Below are positions 37,288-47,279 of a DNA stretch of 64,000 bases, piece by piece. The position numbers were made by a program, and so were the translations under genes. Source of the DNA: a virus. Every line of letters starts with the position of its first letter. Position 1 is the first letter of the stretch. The stretch is from IMG/VR virus record IMGVR_UViG_3300029922_000015, positions 1 to 64,000 of that record; one strand, written 5' to 3'. The notes beneath the pieces are model-generated. The model searched no databases and had not been told where the DNA came from. It saw only the letters and a list, made by a program, of their open reading frames with translations.

Positions 37288-38040
37288 TTATTTTCCTTGT
37301 TCTAGATAACTTTCAAAACAAAACTCGCGGCTTGCAAAATGTTCTTGGTTCGGTGAGTCCCACGTAGCTTTGCGCCCCGGCCCTCCGCCGATACATTTCA
37401 TCGTCATAAACGCCGGGAAGTCTTTCTTCAAATAATAGTAAATCGATCTTACTTCTTCCGCCCCCACTTTAAGCTTATCAATTCCGCGTTGAATAATAGG
37501 ATCAAAAGGCAAATTACTTTTCTCTTTAAAGAAAGTTGGGTTGAATCTTTCATAATTGAAAAGACAAGTAGAAAACTTTAATAGATTGTTAGCTAAGAAC
37601 GATCCATAAAACGGTATGGATACAGCCAAATTCGGGGTTAGATACTTAGAAAGATAGCTCTCATCAATTCTAGGAATGTAATAAAATCCATTGGTGTTCG
37701 CGCTCGTTACTAATTTGCACAAATCTGGATATCCCTCGGAATTTAAAAGCCAAACTATAATATTGTGTTCAGTCTTAAAACTTTCCTCATCTTTAGTTTC
37801 CTGATTAGCCACCATAGTAAGCTTGATTCCAAATCGCAAATTAACGTCGCTCTTTTTAGCAGAATTTGTAGCTTGAAGAAAACCCGTCATGGATTTTTCC
37901 ACAAGAAATATATCCTTTAAATCGTGTTTTTTCGCGATACTGAAAACACTAACCGGAGAATTATCTTTAATTTCCTCGGCGGGTTCGAGCGTCAAGATGG
38001 AGGAGTTTAATGAGAAATGGGAAGTGAATAGAGGTAACAT
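37288..38040 (-). CDS. Stand-alone PHP domain of DNA polymerase III alpha
   Basis: PLFTSHFSL, LRFGIKL, NSEGYPDLCKLVT, FYYIPRID. Confidence 0.75.
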   Translation of the reverse strand: MLPLFTSHFSLNSSILTLEPAEEIKDNSPVSVFSIAKKHDLKDIFLVEKSMTGFLQATNSAKKSDVNLRFGIKLTMVANQETKDEESFKTEHNIIVWLLNSEGYPDLCKLVTSANTNGFYYIPRIDESYLSKYLTPNLAVSIPFYGSFLANNLLKFSTCLFNYERFNPTFFKEKSNLPFDPIIQRGIDKLKVGAEEVRSIYYYLKKDFPAFMTMKCIGGGPGRKATWDSPNQEHFASREFCFESYLEQGK

Positions 38041-38046
38041 AGAAGA

Positions 38047-38499
38047 TTATAAGCTTTTAGCCTTTTTGTCCTTTTGAGGAAATCTTTCCAACTCTATCCC
38101 AACTTCTTTCGCCATTTTTTCTGTATCTTGCACGCTTCCATAAGTCTCAGAGGAATAAAACTCATCATAAATAATCTTCTTAACCCCATGCGCGGCACAA
38201 GTGATTAGGCAATTGGTGCAAGGCACCATAGTACAAACCAAAGTATTAATCGAATGGCGCGGAGCGCGGAGCAACGCATTTAATTCGGCATGAACAACGT
38301 ATTTTCTTCTTCCGTCCCTGTCTTCCCAATTAATTTCAACTCCCGGCGGCGCTCCGTTATATCCGTTAGAAACATAAGAGCCTTCGGAATCTATAGCTAC
38401 ACAGCCCACTTGTTTGTATGGATCTTCGCTGCGATTGGCGATTTGATAAGCAATCGCCATCGCATTTTCAATAAAAGTTGGTCTGGTTCTTTTCGTCAT
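38047..38499 (-). CDS. dCMP deaminase
   Basis: RSED...VGCV, GYNG, HAELNA, PCTNC. Confidence 0.9.
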   Translation of the reverse strand: MTKRTRPTFIENAMAIAYQIANRSEDPYKQVGCVAIDSEGSYVSNGYNGAPPGVEINWEDRDGRRKYVVHAELNALLRAPRHSINTLVCTMVPCTNCLITCAAHGVKKIIYDEFYSSETYGSVQDTEKMAKEVGIELERFPQKDKKAKSL

Positions 38500-38504
38500 A
38501 GATC

Positions 38505-38533
38505 ATTATATCATTCTACCAAAGTTTTTTCTA
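38505..38533 (-). promoter_or_regulatory. sigma70-like promoter (extended -10), leaderless
   Basis: TAGAAA-17 nt-TATAAT with TGn extension; ATG 5 nt downstream. Confidence 0.65.
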
Positions 38534-39472
38534 TTCTAAAAAATCATTTGCCGCATCTTTTTCTCTTGACCTGTCAAAACGTGGGCATCCTTTGTATAAC
38601 TTTTTTATAGCCGAATACCCTTCTTGAAGATCAAGAGGGGGCTGAAAAACAGCCGAGACGAATTCACCGGATTGATCGACAATGTGATAATACTCAAACC
38701 CATCCATGTAAGGACATTTCCACGTTTTGCCAGCCTTGCACAACCAAGATTTATGTCTATCGTCGGCGGCGAAATTAGAATAGGCGGAAATCTCATCCAT
38801 ATCGGCCATAATCTTAATTATGTAGTTTGCCCAACTGGAAAATCCTTCTATTTGATTCTCGGTATAGGAATGCTCTTGAACCGGATTCCGAGGAAAACGT
38901 AGAAAAACAAATCTAAATTCATAGCTCTTTTTTCCCGGAAAGAGTTTGCGAACCGCCCAAAGATAAAGCATAGCCTGAATGTTCGCTTCTTTATCTTCCC
39001 CTGAAAACTTTTGCTTGCTGCTTTTATAGTCTTGAATGATGATCTTATCTTTGAAAACTCCAATTTTATCGATAGTTCCGGTGACTTTGATACCGTCTAG
39101 GTCAATTTCGAATTGTTCTTCGGTTCTTATTTCGGGAGCGCCACTACAAAAATAGTCAGCATTCAAACCAACTAAAACCCAAGACTCTATTTCTTTTAAA
39201 GTAACGTGATCGTCCAATCCGGCCTTTTTTAAATTCTTTCGAACTAAACGATAAACCGAAGGAACTGCCGCGATTGTCTTTTTTTGTAAAATTTGATTGA
39301 CATAATCGTATCTATCAATAAGCAATTCTAAAATAAGGTGAACCAGAGTTCCTTTCGGAAGGGCAATATGAAGCTTCTGAGGAACTAACTCGATATAACT
39401 CTGGTAAAACAAATACGCACAATTCATGTACGTCTTGATTGTAGAAGCGGAAATTCGGACTTGCTTAGACAT
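38531..39472 (-). CDS. PD-(D/E)XK RecB/Cas4-like exonuclease
   Basis: ISASTIKTYMNC, GTLVHLILE, GTIDKI, IQDYKSS, QAMLY, C-terminal Cys cluster; start MSKQV at 39472. Confidence 0.8.
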   Translation of the reverse strand: MSKQVRISASTIKTYMNCAYLFYQSYIELVPQKLHIALPKGTLVHLILELLIDRYDYVNQILQKKTIAAVPSVYRLVRKNLKKAGLDDHVTLKEIESWVLVGLNADYFCSGAPEIRTEEQFEIDLDGIKVTGTIDKIGVFKDKIIIQDYKSSKQKFSGEDKEANIQAMLYLWAVRKLFPGKKSYEFRFVFLRFPRNPVQEHSYTENQIEGFSSWANYIIKIMADMDEISAYSNFAADDRHKSWLCKAGKTWKCPYMDGFEYYHIVDQSGEFVSAVFQPPLDLQEGYSAIKKLYKGCPRFDRSREKDAANDFLE

Positions 39473-40367
39473 TAAAAAACCCTCGAATTTGATCTTTGGA
39501 GCAGTCACCAAAATCGTTCTTACCGTTCGGCGGAACGATAATTCGAACATCATCAAAAAAGGATTGGGCTTTCTTCTTTATTTCCGCCGCTCCTTCTTGC
39601 CCCCAATTCTTTCTGGATTCCTCATCGTTATTAAGCCCGATTTTGATAGTTTTGACATTTAAACCAATTAATTGCTTAAGAATTTCTTTAGAAATTGATT
39701 TACCGAAAATACAAATTGCGTTCATTATTCCGGCATCGTATAAAGCCAAAATATCCCCGATACTTTCGACTAAAATTACTTCTCGCTTTTCTATTATTGA
39801 TTGTCTAACTTCTGGAAGATGCAGAGGGAACGTAAAATGGTCTTTACGGCCCACGATGAGCCATTTGGGTAGATCGGAGCCTTCTTGGATCAAACGCCCC
39901 GCAAAACCGATAATAGACCCCGCTGCGTCGCGAATAGGAAAGACTAAGCGGTTCTTAAGCTTGGCATTCGTCGCCAAACCCATTTTAAAGGTCTTTAGAG
40001 TTTCTTTGCTAATTCCTCTATTTGTATAAAAATCGTAATAAGGGATTAGTTTATTAAGTAATGACTCATCGTATTTCTTAATTTGCATTAGTCTTAAATC
40101 TACTTTGGGAACTACCGCAACTTCGTATTCGCCCTCCGAATACTTTTTAACTGACTCTTTATTCCCTTCTAAAGCTAAGAAAAGAAAATCCTTCCAACTG
40201 CCCTTATCCCCCGAAACAAAATCAATAAAATATCCCGTATCTCGATTTATCGAAACCGAATTTGCGGAATTTCCCGACCTATATAAGGCTTTAACTCGGA
40301 AAAAGTTACCAGAAATTGTAGGAGAATAGCCAAGGTTAAGTAGGACTTCATGTATTCTGTTATTCAT
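39465..40367 (-). CDS. dnaG: DNA primase (DnaG-like TOPRIM)
   Basis: RLVFPIRD..G.IIGFAGR, VILVESIGD, LNND, NDFGD. Confidence 0.85.
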   Translation of the reverse strand: MNNRIHEVLLNLGYSPTISGNFFRVKALYRSGNSANSVSINRDTGYFIDFVSGDKGSWKDFLFLALEGNKESVKKYSEGEYEVAVVPKVDLRLMQIKKYDESLLNKLIPYYDFYTNRGISKETLKTFKMGLATNAKLKNRLVFPIRDAAGSIIGFAGRLIQEGSDLPKWLIVGRKDHFTFPLHLPEVRQSIIEKREVILVESIGDILALYDAGIMNAICIFGKSISKEILKQLIGLNVKTIKIGLNNDEESRKNWGQEGAAEIKKKAQSFFDDVRIIVPPNGKNDFGDCSKDQIRGFFNV

Positions 40368-41892
40368 CGGCTGCTGCGGCTGTCATTTCGGGCTCTTCTG
40401 TATAAAAATCTCTTACCTTACCAGCGTTTTCTACGGTAAGAGTTGGTTTACTAACCATATCACGAAGCGAGGATCGTTCTCCTACGGCAAAATTACAAAC
40501 GTTGAAGTTAATATAATTTTGTCGATATATTGGTCTTTTGCCTTCCTCTTCTATCTTAACCCAATCTAAATGCCCCTGAGAGCTTCTTCCTTGGAATCGA
40601 CCCTTCAAAGTAATAAGTAAATGAGTTCCAAACTGAGTACCATCTCGGTCAATTTCCGCGAAAGTCTTTCGTCTAAAAATTCCAAGGTAACTACAAAACC
40701 ATTTAATACGATCTGACAAAGCAATAATGGAATCATCGTCCGTTGCTTCTTCGCCGTGTTTATTAACGCCCGTTCTATTTACCTGAACCGCCGTTAACAA
40801 TGGAGCGCCAATCTTTGTAACAGCTTCCTTTAGTTTATTTACCTTTTCTCCGATAATCTGATACTCTTTGTTATCATTCGATACGCGCTCGCCTGTGATT
40901 TTTAAATAATCGTAAACAACGATAGCTTGAGTGTCCGCGCCTAATCTTTGGCAATAAGAATAATACCAGCGACGAATAATTGAAATGATTTCATCTACGC
41001 TTACGTTCGCAACGTAACGATGGTAGAAATTCGGCGCTCGATCCTCTTTAATCGTCTTCATCGCAGCCATTACTTTAGCGTGCATTTCCTTATTTTTTAT
41101 CCATTGTCCGGTATCTAAATACCACATTGGAACATCGCACATCGTAGCGGCCATGCGAAGAATGATATCATTCGTCTCCATTTCAGTGTCGAGATAAAGA
41201 ACTTTGATTTTCTTATTACCCCAAGCCATTTGATTAGCAAGATAATTCAACAGCGTTGATTTTCCCTCACCCGCTCGACTAGCCCAAACGTAAACATTGC
41301 CCGGTCTAAGACCTCCAAAATAACGATTGAATACTGGAAATGGAGTAGAAATACCCATTTCTTCTGTCGGATTACTCGCTCTTTCCATGAGCAAGCCCTC
41401 CATTTGAGTATAAATATCTATAACATCTTGATGTCTAGTATCATACAAATCTAGATGTTTATTATAAATTCCATCGACTAAACTAATAATCTTAGGAGCG
41501 GAAAGGTCTAGATTGGATCGGATGGCTTCTCGAATATCTTTAACCGTGGAATCCAAACCACGGCAAATGCTTAATTTCTTTAGTTCTTGAAAGAGTGGAA
41601 AGATCGCCGTTTCATTAATCTGAATTAATTCCAAGGCGTCGAGATATTCGTAAATATCAAAATCCTCTTTGATGACAACGCCAATTCTACGAATCTTTTC
41701 GGAAATTAGAATCTTATTTGGCGTCTCTCCGTTTTGGATGATACCTCGAATAACAGTAAAAATTATCCGATGAATTTCTAGGGAAAAGTCCTCGGCGTTT
41801 ATTTCTGAGGGTAAATCGGTGACAACTTTGGGAAAATGAAGAAGAGAACAAATACAGTTCTTTTCTATCTCAAGAGAGGAAAGATCGGCCAT
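40360..41892 (-). CDS. dnaB: Replicative DNA helicase
   Basis: Walker A ASRAGEGKS, YLDTEM, VVYDYLK, AVQVNR. Confidence 0.9.
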   Translation of the reverse strand: MADLSSLEIEKNCICSLLHFPKVVTDLPSEINAEDFSLEIHRIIFTVIRGIIQNGETPNKILISEKIRRIGVVIKEDFDIYEYLDALELIQINETAIFPLFQELKKLSICRGLDSTVKDIREAIRSNLDLSAPKIISLVDGIYNKHLDLYDTRHQDVIDIYTQMEGLLMERASNPTEEMGISTPFPVFNRYFGGLRPGNVYVWASRAGEGKSTLLNYLANQMAWGNKKIKVLYLDTEMETNDIILRMAATMCDVPMWYLDTGQWIKNKEMHAKVMAAMKTIKEDRAPNFYHRYVANVSVDEIISIIRRWYYSYCQRLGADTQAIVVYDYLKITGERVSNDNKEYQIIGEKVNKLKEAVTKIGAPLLTAVQVNRTGVNKHGEEATDDDSIIALSDRIKWFCSYLGIFRRKTFAEIDRDGTQFGTHLLITLKGRFQGRSSQGHLDWVKIEEEGKRPIYRQNYINFNVCNFAVGERSSLRDMVSKPTLTVENAGKVRDFYTEEPEMTAAAADE

Positions 41893-41897
41893 AATAA

Positions 41898-41926
41898 ATT
41901 GTAGGGAAAAAACGAGGAAAAATCTA
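41898..41926 (-). promoter_or_regulatory. sigma70-like promoter, leaderless
   Basis: TAGATT-17 nt-TACAAT, ATG 5 nt downstream. Confidence 0.6.
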
Positions 41927-41932
41927 CTTTCT

Positions 41933-42196
41933 TTAATCCTCTTCCTCTAATTGTTTAGGAGGGGGCGGAGGATTGATCGACTGAGACATCTTATCGTGCT
42001 GCATGTCTCTAATCGCTACATTCCACAAGCGAGCAAAACTTTGTAAGGCTAGGGCGGACATATCGCTATCATAACAATGAAATGCTTCTGGTGAACCGTG
42101 AGGATTCATTACGAAAAGAATGAATCCAGCAGGAGAATATTCTCCGATTTGATTTATTACTTGTTGAGGGACACAATGTTGTTGCTCTTCGCTCAT
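41933..42196 (-). CDS. Hypothetical protein
   Basis: ORF track; GTGTAA at 42211-42206 (- strand) ends 9 nt before the ATG. Confidence 0.6.
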   Translation of the reverse strand: MSEEQQHCVPQQVINQIGEYSPAGFILFVMNPHGSPEAFHCYDSDMSALALQSFARLWNVAIRDMQHDKMSQSINPPPPPKQLEEED

Positions 42197-42205
42197 TACA
42201 AATAA

Positions 42206-42625
42206 TTACACTAGATCGATATCGAATTTCTCCTTGAAAAATTTTCTGGTTAAAGGTAGGTCATTTGGGAAGATTTCTACGAATTTAAACTCATTACGCT
42301 CGCACCATTCTTCCTTTGCTAAATCGCGTTTCATTTGACTTACCCAAGCATATCTATTTCCTCCGTGAAAATGTTCTGAATAACTATTATGTTGATTTCC
42401 CGAAGCTTCTACGACTATTTTTTTATTAAAATTGATAAGATCGATCCGTAATAACGACTGAGGAATTCTGAATTCTTCACAGACGATATCTTTATTCCAG
42501 TAAGGCTCTATAAATTTTTTTACTTCTTGTTGAAATTTGGAAGGGGATTTACCCGACCATTCTACAATATAAGGTTGGATTTTAACCCACATTAACTTAT
42601 CCGATTTGAATCCTTTTAATTTCAT
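42206..42625 (-). CDS. PD-(D/E)XK (Vsr/DUF559-like) endonuclease
   Basis: EEFRI..LRIDLIN...IVVEASGNQH...RDLAKEEWCERN. Confidence 0.7.
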   Translation of the reverse strand: MKLKGFKSDKLMWVKIQPYIVEWSGKSPSKFQQEVKKFIEPYWNKDIVCEEFRIPQSLLRIDLINFNKKIVVEASGNQHNSYSEHFHGGNRYAWVSQMKRDLAKEEWCERNEFKFVEIFPNDLPLTRKFFKEKFDIDLV

Positions 42626-43170
42626 ATGATAGGATTTTTCTTACAAATTAAATAGCATAATCTTATAAAATCTTTTTGACTTAAATCTTGTTTCATATAA
42701 TTTACATCTTTATGAACCCATTGAACGTTACTTAAAATATATCCTTTTGAAGAATCAATACGATCTAAAGAAGCCGTCCCATCATAAGTATCAATCCTAC
42801 TTCTAAAATTAAGTTCAATTCCTGTTAAAGCACATCTTCTCTCTTGTTTAAGAAATAAATCCCATAAATCTTTAATTTTTAATGAAAATTTTATATTTCT
42901 TCGTTTAGCATTATCATAATACGAATTATAAAAGGATTTACTAATTTCTTCGTGCCCTCTCCAGCAAGGATTATTTTTACCTATTTTAATAGCACAAAGA
43001 GAACACTCTTTGCTCTCTCCTCTCCTTAGAAGACTACCGGACACTGTATGGAAATTTCCGCAATCGCATTTACATTTATATATTAAATGGTAATCTTTTG
43101 CCTTACCTTTCAAACTTAAAACTGTTAATTTATTAAATTTTTTTCCTATCATTGAAATGCGTTTGCTCAT
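42622..43170 (-). CDS. HNH-type homing endonuclease, paralog of 7070-7615
   Basis: KFNKLTV...YKCKCDCGN; CALTG...ASLDRIDSSKGY..NVQWVHKDVNYMK. Confidence 0.8.
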   Translation of the reverse strand: MSKRISMIGKKFNKLTVLSLKGKAKDYHLIYKCKCDCGNFHTVSGSLLRRGESKECSLCAIKIGKNNPCWRGHEEISKSFYNSYYDNAKRRNIKFSLKIKDLWDLFLKQERRCALTGIELNFRSRIDTYDGTASLDRIDSSKGYILSNVQWVHKDVNYMKQDLSQKDFIRLCYLICKKNPII

Positions 43171-43223
43171 AATTAACATTACACATATTGGAAACGATAA
43201 ATTTAAATTTTTTATTTTCTTCT

Positions 43224-44399
43224 TTAAGTTTTGTCGGGTACATTGTCGAATTCAACCACAGGGCTTTCTGCCGCTAGGAACGAGCAAGCGAGATTATAAA
43301 GATAAGTGGTTACGGGTTCATTATTTTCTAAATAATCCTGCACGTTCTTTATCCCTTGAAACTTATCAGGAGTTTCGGGCTGAATTTTTCTCATTTCCGC
43401 AAGCATACTATCTTCAAAATTAAACCAAGCGCCCGATTTAATTAAAAGCTCTTTAGCCAACATGAAGTCGCAAACTTCTAACTCCCTCCAAATAGAAGAA
43501 CCATTCTTTCGTCCGTGTTTAATTGGATAAGTAAGTCTCAAGCCCTTCGTTTCGTTAGAAGATTTCTTGATTTCTACCTTGCATTGATGGCCTAGAATTT
43601 TGTTTTGAATTCTATCGGGCTTCTTTTTCGGGTCTTCAAGGATCAAATCGCCGGGAAATTGAGGAGCATAATCAATAATGTAATCCGACCAGTGTAATAG
43701 GGCGTTTCCCCCTGTAGCAGAAATCGTTCGTGGAACTCCCGCCGCATAAGGATCAATTTTAACGTCTGCCGAAACTTGCGAAATAAAGATTGTTAAGTGA
43801 CCAAATTTAAACAGAGGCAAAGCGGATTGCTGTAAGAACTTCTTAGAAACAACTTGCGGGCCAGCCACCTTGTTACTTTCTTCTAAGTTCTTAAGTTTAT
43901 CTTGTTTAAGAATAACACCATCCACAGAATCTAAAATAAAGCAATATCTGATATGCTCGGGATTATTCTCGATCTGGCCCTGAATCAGTCCAAGAATATT
44001 TTCGTAAATATTACTTTCGTGAATGTAACAAGTACCATTTACCCAATCTTCGGTTGAGCCGGAAACAAAGGTTAAGCCAGAACGTTCGATTGTATCCTGA
44101 GATAATCTTCCTTCTGCCTTAATGTAAATCGCGCGAGAATTAGGAACAGTCTTTAAGAAATTGCGACAGATTTCGAAAGCTTCGGGAGTTTTTCCCGCTT
44201 GATTAAAACCAACCAAACGAATTAAACCGGGGCCGAAGCCTCCATTCAAAACCGAATCTAAGGTAAGAGAACCGCTTGAAACCTTATAGCTTACAGTCTC
44301 TTCGAAGTTATAATGTTCTGCTTTAGTTTCGTTTAGATAGGCTTGCAATCTGTCTTGCGGGGATACGCCTTTTTCTTTTTCAACTTCTTTTTTCGCCAT
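43224..44399 (-). CDS. RecA/UvsX-like recombinase
   Basis: SSGSLTLDSVL.GG, Walker A GFNQAGKT, ILDSV, FISQV, GGNALLH, KSGAWF. Confidence 0.85.
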   Translation of the reverse strand: MAKKEVEKEKGVSPQDRLQAYLNETKAEHYNFEETVSYKVSSGSLTLDSVLNGGFGPGLIRLVGFNQAGKTPEAFEICRNFLKTVPNSRAIYIKAEGRLSQDTIERSGLTFVSGSTEDWVNGTCYIHESNIYENILGLIQGQIENNPEHIRYCFILDSVDGVILKQDKLKNLEESNKVAGPQVVSKKFLQQSALPLFKFGHLTIFISQVSADVKIDPYAAGVPRTISATGGNALLHWSDYIIDYAPQFPGDLILEDPKKKPDRIQNKILGHQCKVEIKKSSNETKGLRLTYPIKHGRKNGSSIWRELEVCDFMLAKELLIKSGAWFNFEDSMLAEMRKIQPETPDKFQGIKNVQDYLENNEPVTTYLYNLACSFLAAESPVVEFDNVPDKT

Positions 44400-44769
44400 A
44401 ATTTTCTTTCAAAAAATCGATAAGTGATTTGGGTTTTTGGGGTACGGTAACTGAAGCTACGGGTTCCAGTTCTAGATTATATGTTTTTTGCGTTTCTTTC
44501 TCTAATAAAAATCGCGTATGCTGTTCTTTTATATATTCTTTTCCCTTGACACCCGTATAAGCGTACATTGGATAGGGCTTCGGCCACGGAACAAAGTAAT
44601 CTCTCCAAAATTCAATTTCAGGATAAAGCTTCCAAAGTCGATTGAAAGCTAACATGTAGTTTCCCCATTCTTTGCCTTGCGGAACTCCAGAGCATCTTTC
44701 AATCACGAATCGAGCAACTTTTAGTTTCTCAGGATTCTTCTCTTTTTTTGTACTCTTGGCAATTCTCAC
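44380..44769 (-). CDS. Hypothetical protein
   Basis: ORF track; packed in the replication operon. Confidence 0.6.
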   Translation of the reverse strand: MRIAKSTKKEKNPEKLKVARFVIERCSGVPQGKEWGNYMLAFNRLWKLYPEIEFWRDYFVPWPKPYPMYAYTGVKGKEYIKEQHTRFLLEKETQKTYNLELEPVASVTVPQKPKSLIDFLKENYGEKRS

Positions 44770-44941
44770 AAATTTGAAAATCGGTAAAAGGGAAAATATC
44801 TAACTTCTCGCAGTAATACGAGGTATAATTCTTAGGCGGGCAATCCCCGCAATGACTACGATCAATCTGACGCACGACGAAATGCTTAGAACGAAAACGG
44901 CAAGTATTATACTTTTCTTTTGCGAGTTTGATGTTTGCCAT
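44729..44941 (-). CDS. Small Cys-rich protein
   Basis: CRF...CGDC...YCEK...CENC. Confidence 0.5.
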   Translation of the reverse strand: MANIKLAKEKYNTCRFRSKHFVVRQIDRSHCGDCPPKNYTSYYCEKLDIFPFTDFQICENCQEYKKREES

Positions 44942-45089
44942 GTTCTATTTTAGCGTCTAGCCATGCATTCGACCAAGCCTCCCAAAGACGATAGTTCTGT
45001 TTCTTGGAATAAGGATTACGATCTAAAGAAAAACCGTTACCATAGGAAGCTTAACCTTCTTCTCTGGCGATAGCAATCGAATTATCCAT
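44907..45089 (-). pseudogene. Rmf-fold-like small protein interrupted by an in-frame TAA
   Basis: MDNSIAIAREEG*ASYGNGFSLDRNPYSKKQNYRLWEAWSNAWLDAK...; EG..A..G....NPY....W...W pattern; TAA at 45053-45051. Confidence 0.55.
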
Positions 45090-45093
45090 AACT

Positions 45094-46179
45094 TTAGATA
45101 GTTGTGTCATTTAAATCGTGCTTGACCATGCGTTGAACTAGTTGTTCAAAGGATATTTTAGGTTTCCAGCCTAACTCGTTTCTAATTGGAGTAGAATCTC
45201 CTTGTAATATACCAATTTCCGCTGGACGATAAAATTTAGGATTAATAGTAACTAAAGGGCGCGCAAATTCTTCGTCTGTCAGATATACTTCTCCTTTTCG
45301 TAAAGAAATCTGATACCAATGACCTTTAATTTTTGCTGCTTGAAAGGACTTTTCAATAAACTCTCGAACGGTATGAGCCTCGTTACTAGAAAGAACATAT
45401 TCTTTTAAAGATTGAATTAATTGTTCTGGAAGCCATTTATCTTCTCTATATTTTTCTTGATTCAGCATCTTCCAGATTCCATCGCAAAAATCTAAAGCAT
45501 GGCTCCAATCTCTTTTAACATCAATATTTCCTAATTCAATAGGATCAAATTTTTCTCCCTTTTCGATAGCGCGATAAATGCGAGCAACCCCTTTAGTTAT
45601 TTTTCGGGTTACAAACATCTCCCCCCGTCTTTCGGATTCATGATTATATAGTCTGCCGTGAATAGCATACATATTATAAGATTCTCGATAAACTTTAACA
45701 AGGTGCTTCGCTGCTGCTTTGGACGCCCCATAAGGACTACGAGGTTTTAAGGGATGGTTTATGCCTTGGGGACAATAATCTACATCACCTACCTCTTCTG
45801 AGGTTCCCGCTGAATAAAATCTACATTGAGGCGCATATTTGCGAATAGATTCTAAACAATATAGCACACCAAGAGAATTAATTTCGAATGTATTTACTGG
45901 ACTATTCCATGATTCGGCTACAAAGGATTGAGCGGCAAAATTAATAAAAAAATCTGGCTGAATGCGTTGAACTATTTCATTTAGAGATACAATATCTGTC
46001 ATATCCGCTTTGACAATCTCGAATCTAGGATCAGAAATATGTTTTATATTAGTTAAATTGGGGCGACTAATATGGCGAACTATACCATAAATTTTATAAT
46101 CAGTACGCTCTAATAGGTAATCAACCATATAACTTCCATCTTGGCCGGTAACTCCAGTGATTATAACTTTTTTGCTCAT
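45094..46179 (-). CDS. gmd: GDP-mannose 4,6-dehydratase
   Basis: ITGVTGQDGSY, AAQSFV, PRSPYGASK, NHESERRG.FVTRKIT, RDWSHA, FYRPAE. Confidence 0.95.
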   Translation of the reverse strand: MSKKVIITGVTGQDGSYMVDYLLERTDYKIYGIVRHISRPNLTNIKHISDPRFEIVKADMTDIVSLNEIVQRIQPDFFINFAAQSFVAESWNSPVNTFEINSLGVLYCLESIRKYAPQCRFYSAGTSEEVGDVDYCPQGINHPLKPRSPYGASKAAAKHLVKVYRESYNMYAIHGRLYNHESERRGEMFVTRKITKGVARIYRAIEKGEKFDPIELGNIDVKRDWSHALDFCDGIWKMLNQEKYREDKWLPEQLIQSLKEYVLSSNEAHTVREFIEKSFQAAKIKGHWYQISLRKGEVYLTDEEFARPLVTINPKFYRPAEIGILQGDSTPIRNELGWKPKISFEQLVQRMVKHDLNDTTI

Positions 46180-46180
46180 G

Positions 46181-46975
46181 CTATTTTAAAAGTAAGTGTT
46201 TGTACTTTTCCTGATTATTTACGATATTGTAAGGTAATAGGTTGATATCAATTTTCTCTAGGCGAACCGACATATCATAAGGATTATCACTATGAACAAA
46301 ATATCCACCGTCTTTCGCATGGGCATCGTAAACTCTCTTTAATTCGTCAAAATCTAATTTTTTATTAAAGGGCTCTACACAAGATATTAGTTTGCTTTTA
46401 AAACCCTCGAAATTATTCAACCAACCAAAGTGCCAGCCACCTTCTATATGATCAAAATGATCCTTTTGATTTCTAAATGCTTGCGGAGATTGAGAGCGGG
46501 CATCGTGGACATTGGTTAGAACCGTTCCGTGCCATTTTTTATGGAGGCACGCTAAATTTAAATAATAAGCAAAATAAATATGAGTAAAGGATACTGTTTT
46601 TAAGCTAATAGAGGACATTAAAAGCTGAGAGCATAATGAAGGCTTGCAAGGTATTTCGTCTAAATCGCTAATCATTACCAAATCATCTCCTCGGAAGCTT
46701 TGAAGCCCGCGAGATATACAATTTCTTTGATAATGTTCCATCGACCAGACATCGCCTGAATCGGGATAATCTTCTACCTTGACATGAATAATTTTCTTAG
46801 CATATTTCTCAAATCGGGCTTTATTCTCCTCGTAATAGAAAGGCTTATCTCTTAAAGTTTGGGTCTTGCCAGCTTCTACGAGGATAAAATGATCAACAAT
46901 ATCGTATAGATACTCTAAGCGGATTTCGAGTAAATCTAATTCATTAAAAAATGGGAAGGCGTCAATTAGTTTCAT
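46181..46975 (-). CDS. GT17-family glycosyltransferase (GlcNAc-transferase III-like)
   Basis: FFNELDLLEIRL, VDHFILVEA, EHYQRN, ISDLDEIP, GGWHFGW. Confidence 0.85.
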   Translation of the reverse strand: MKLIDAFPFFNELDLLEIRLEYLYDIVDHFILVEAGKTQTLRDKPFYYEENKARFEKYAKKIIHVKVEDYPDSGDVWSMEHYQRNCISRGLQSFRGDDLVMISDLDEIPCKPSLCSQLLMSSISLKTVSFTHIYFAYYLNLACLHKKWHGTVLTNVHDARSQSPQAFRNQKDHFDHIEGGWHFGWLNNFEGFKSKLISCVEPFNKKLDFDELKRVYDAHAKDGGYFVHSDNPYDMSVRLEKIDINLLPYNIVNNQEKYKHLLLK

Positions 46976-47279
46976 CGGGACTTTCTTCTACTTCGGAATT
47001 AGGATTGGCGTCGTTTACAATAGCTACAAATCGGACATCGCCATCCGTCCATCTAGAAAAACAAAAAGCGGTATAAGCAACCATCATTAAAAACTTATCT
47101 TTATCGACAAAGTTATGAAAGCACATAGGCTTGCCATTGACCGCCGCCGAAGCATACATGGGAATCTCATATTGGGCGCTGAGTTTATAAAGTTCGTTGA
47201 GCTTTTCCATCACCATCGCTTCCCCGTCCGGCAATTGTTCTGTTTCTAGTATGGTGCCGTTAGTTAGTTCAATCTTCAT
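46962..47279 (-). CDS. Hypothetical protein
   Basis: ORF track. Confidence 0.55.
   Translation of the reverse strand: MKIELTNGTILETEQLPDGEAMVMEKLNELYKLSAQYEIPMYASAAVNGKPMCFHNFVDKDKFLMMVAYTAFCFSRWTDGDVRFVAIVNDANPNSEVEESPDETN

Noticed and set aside
38531-39472. Cas4 as a spacer-acquisition partner of the TnpB locus
   Set aside because: It lies in the primase-helicase operon; such PD-(D/E)XK exonucleases are routine phage replication/recombination genes.
39496-40329. Antisense or alternate-frame ORFs in the track (e.g. 39496-40029, 553-759, 11709-12032, 63514-63915)
   Set aside because: They are shadows of well-supported genes, with no motifs or expression signals.
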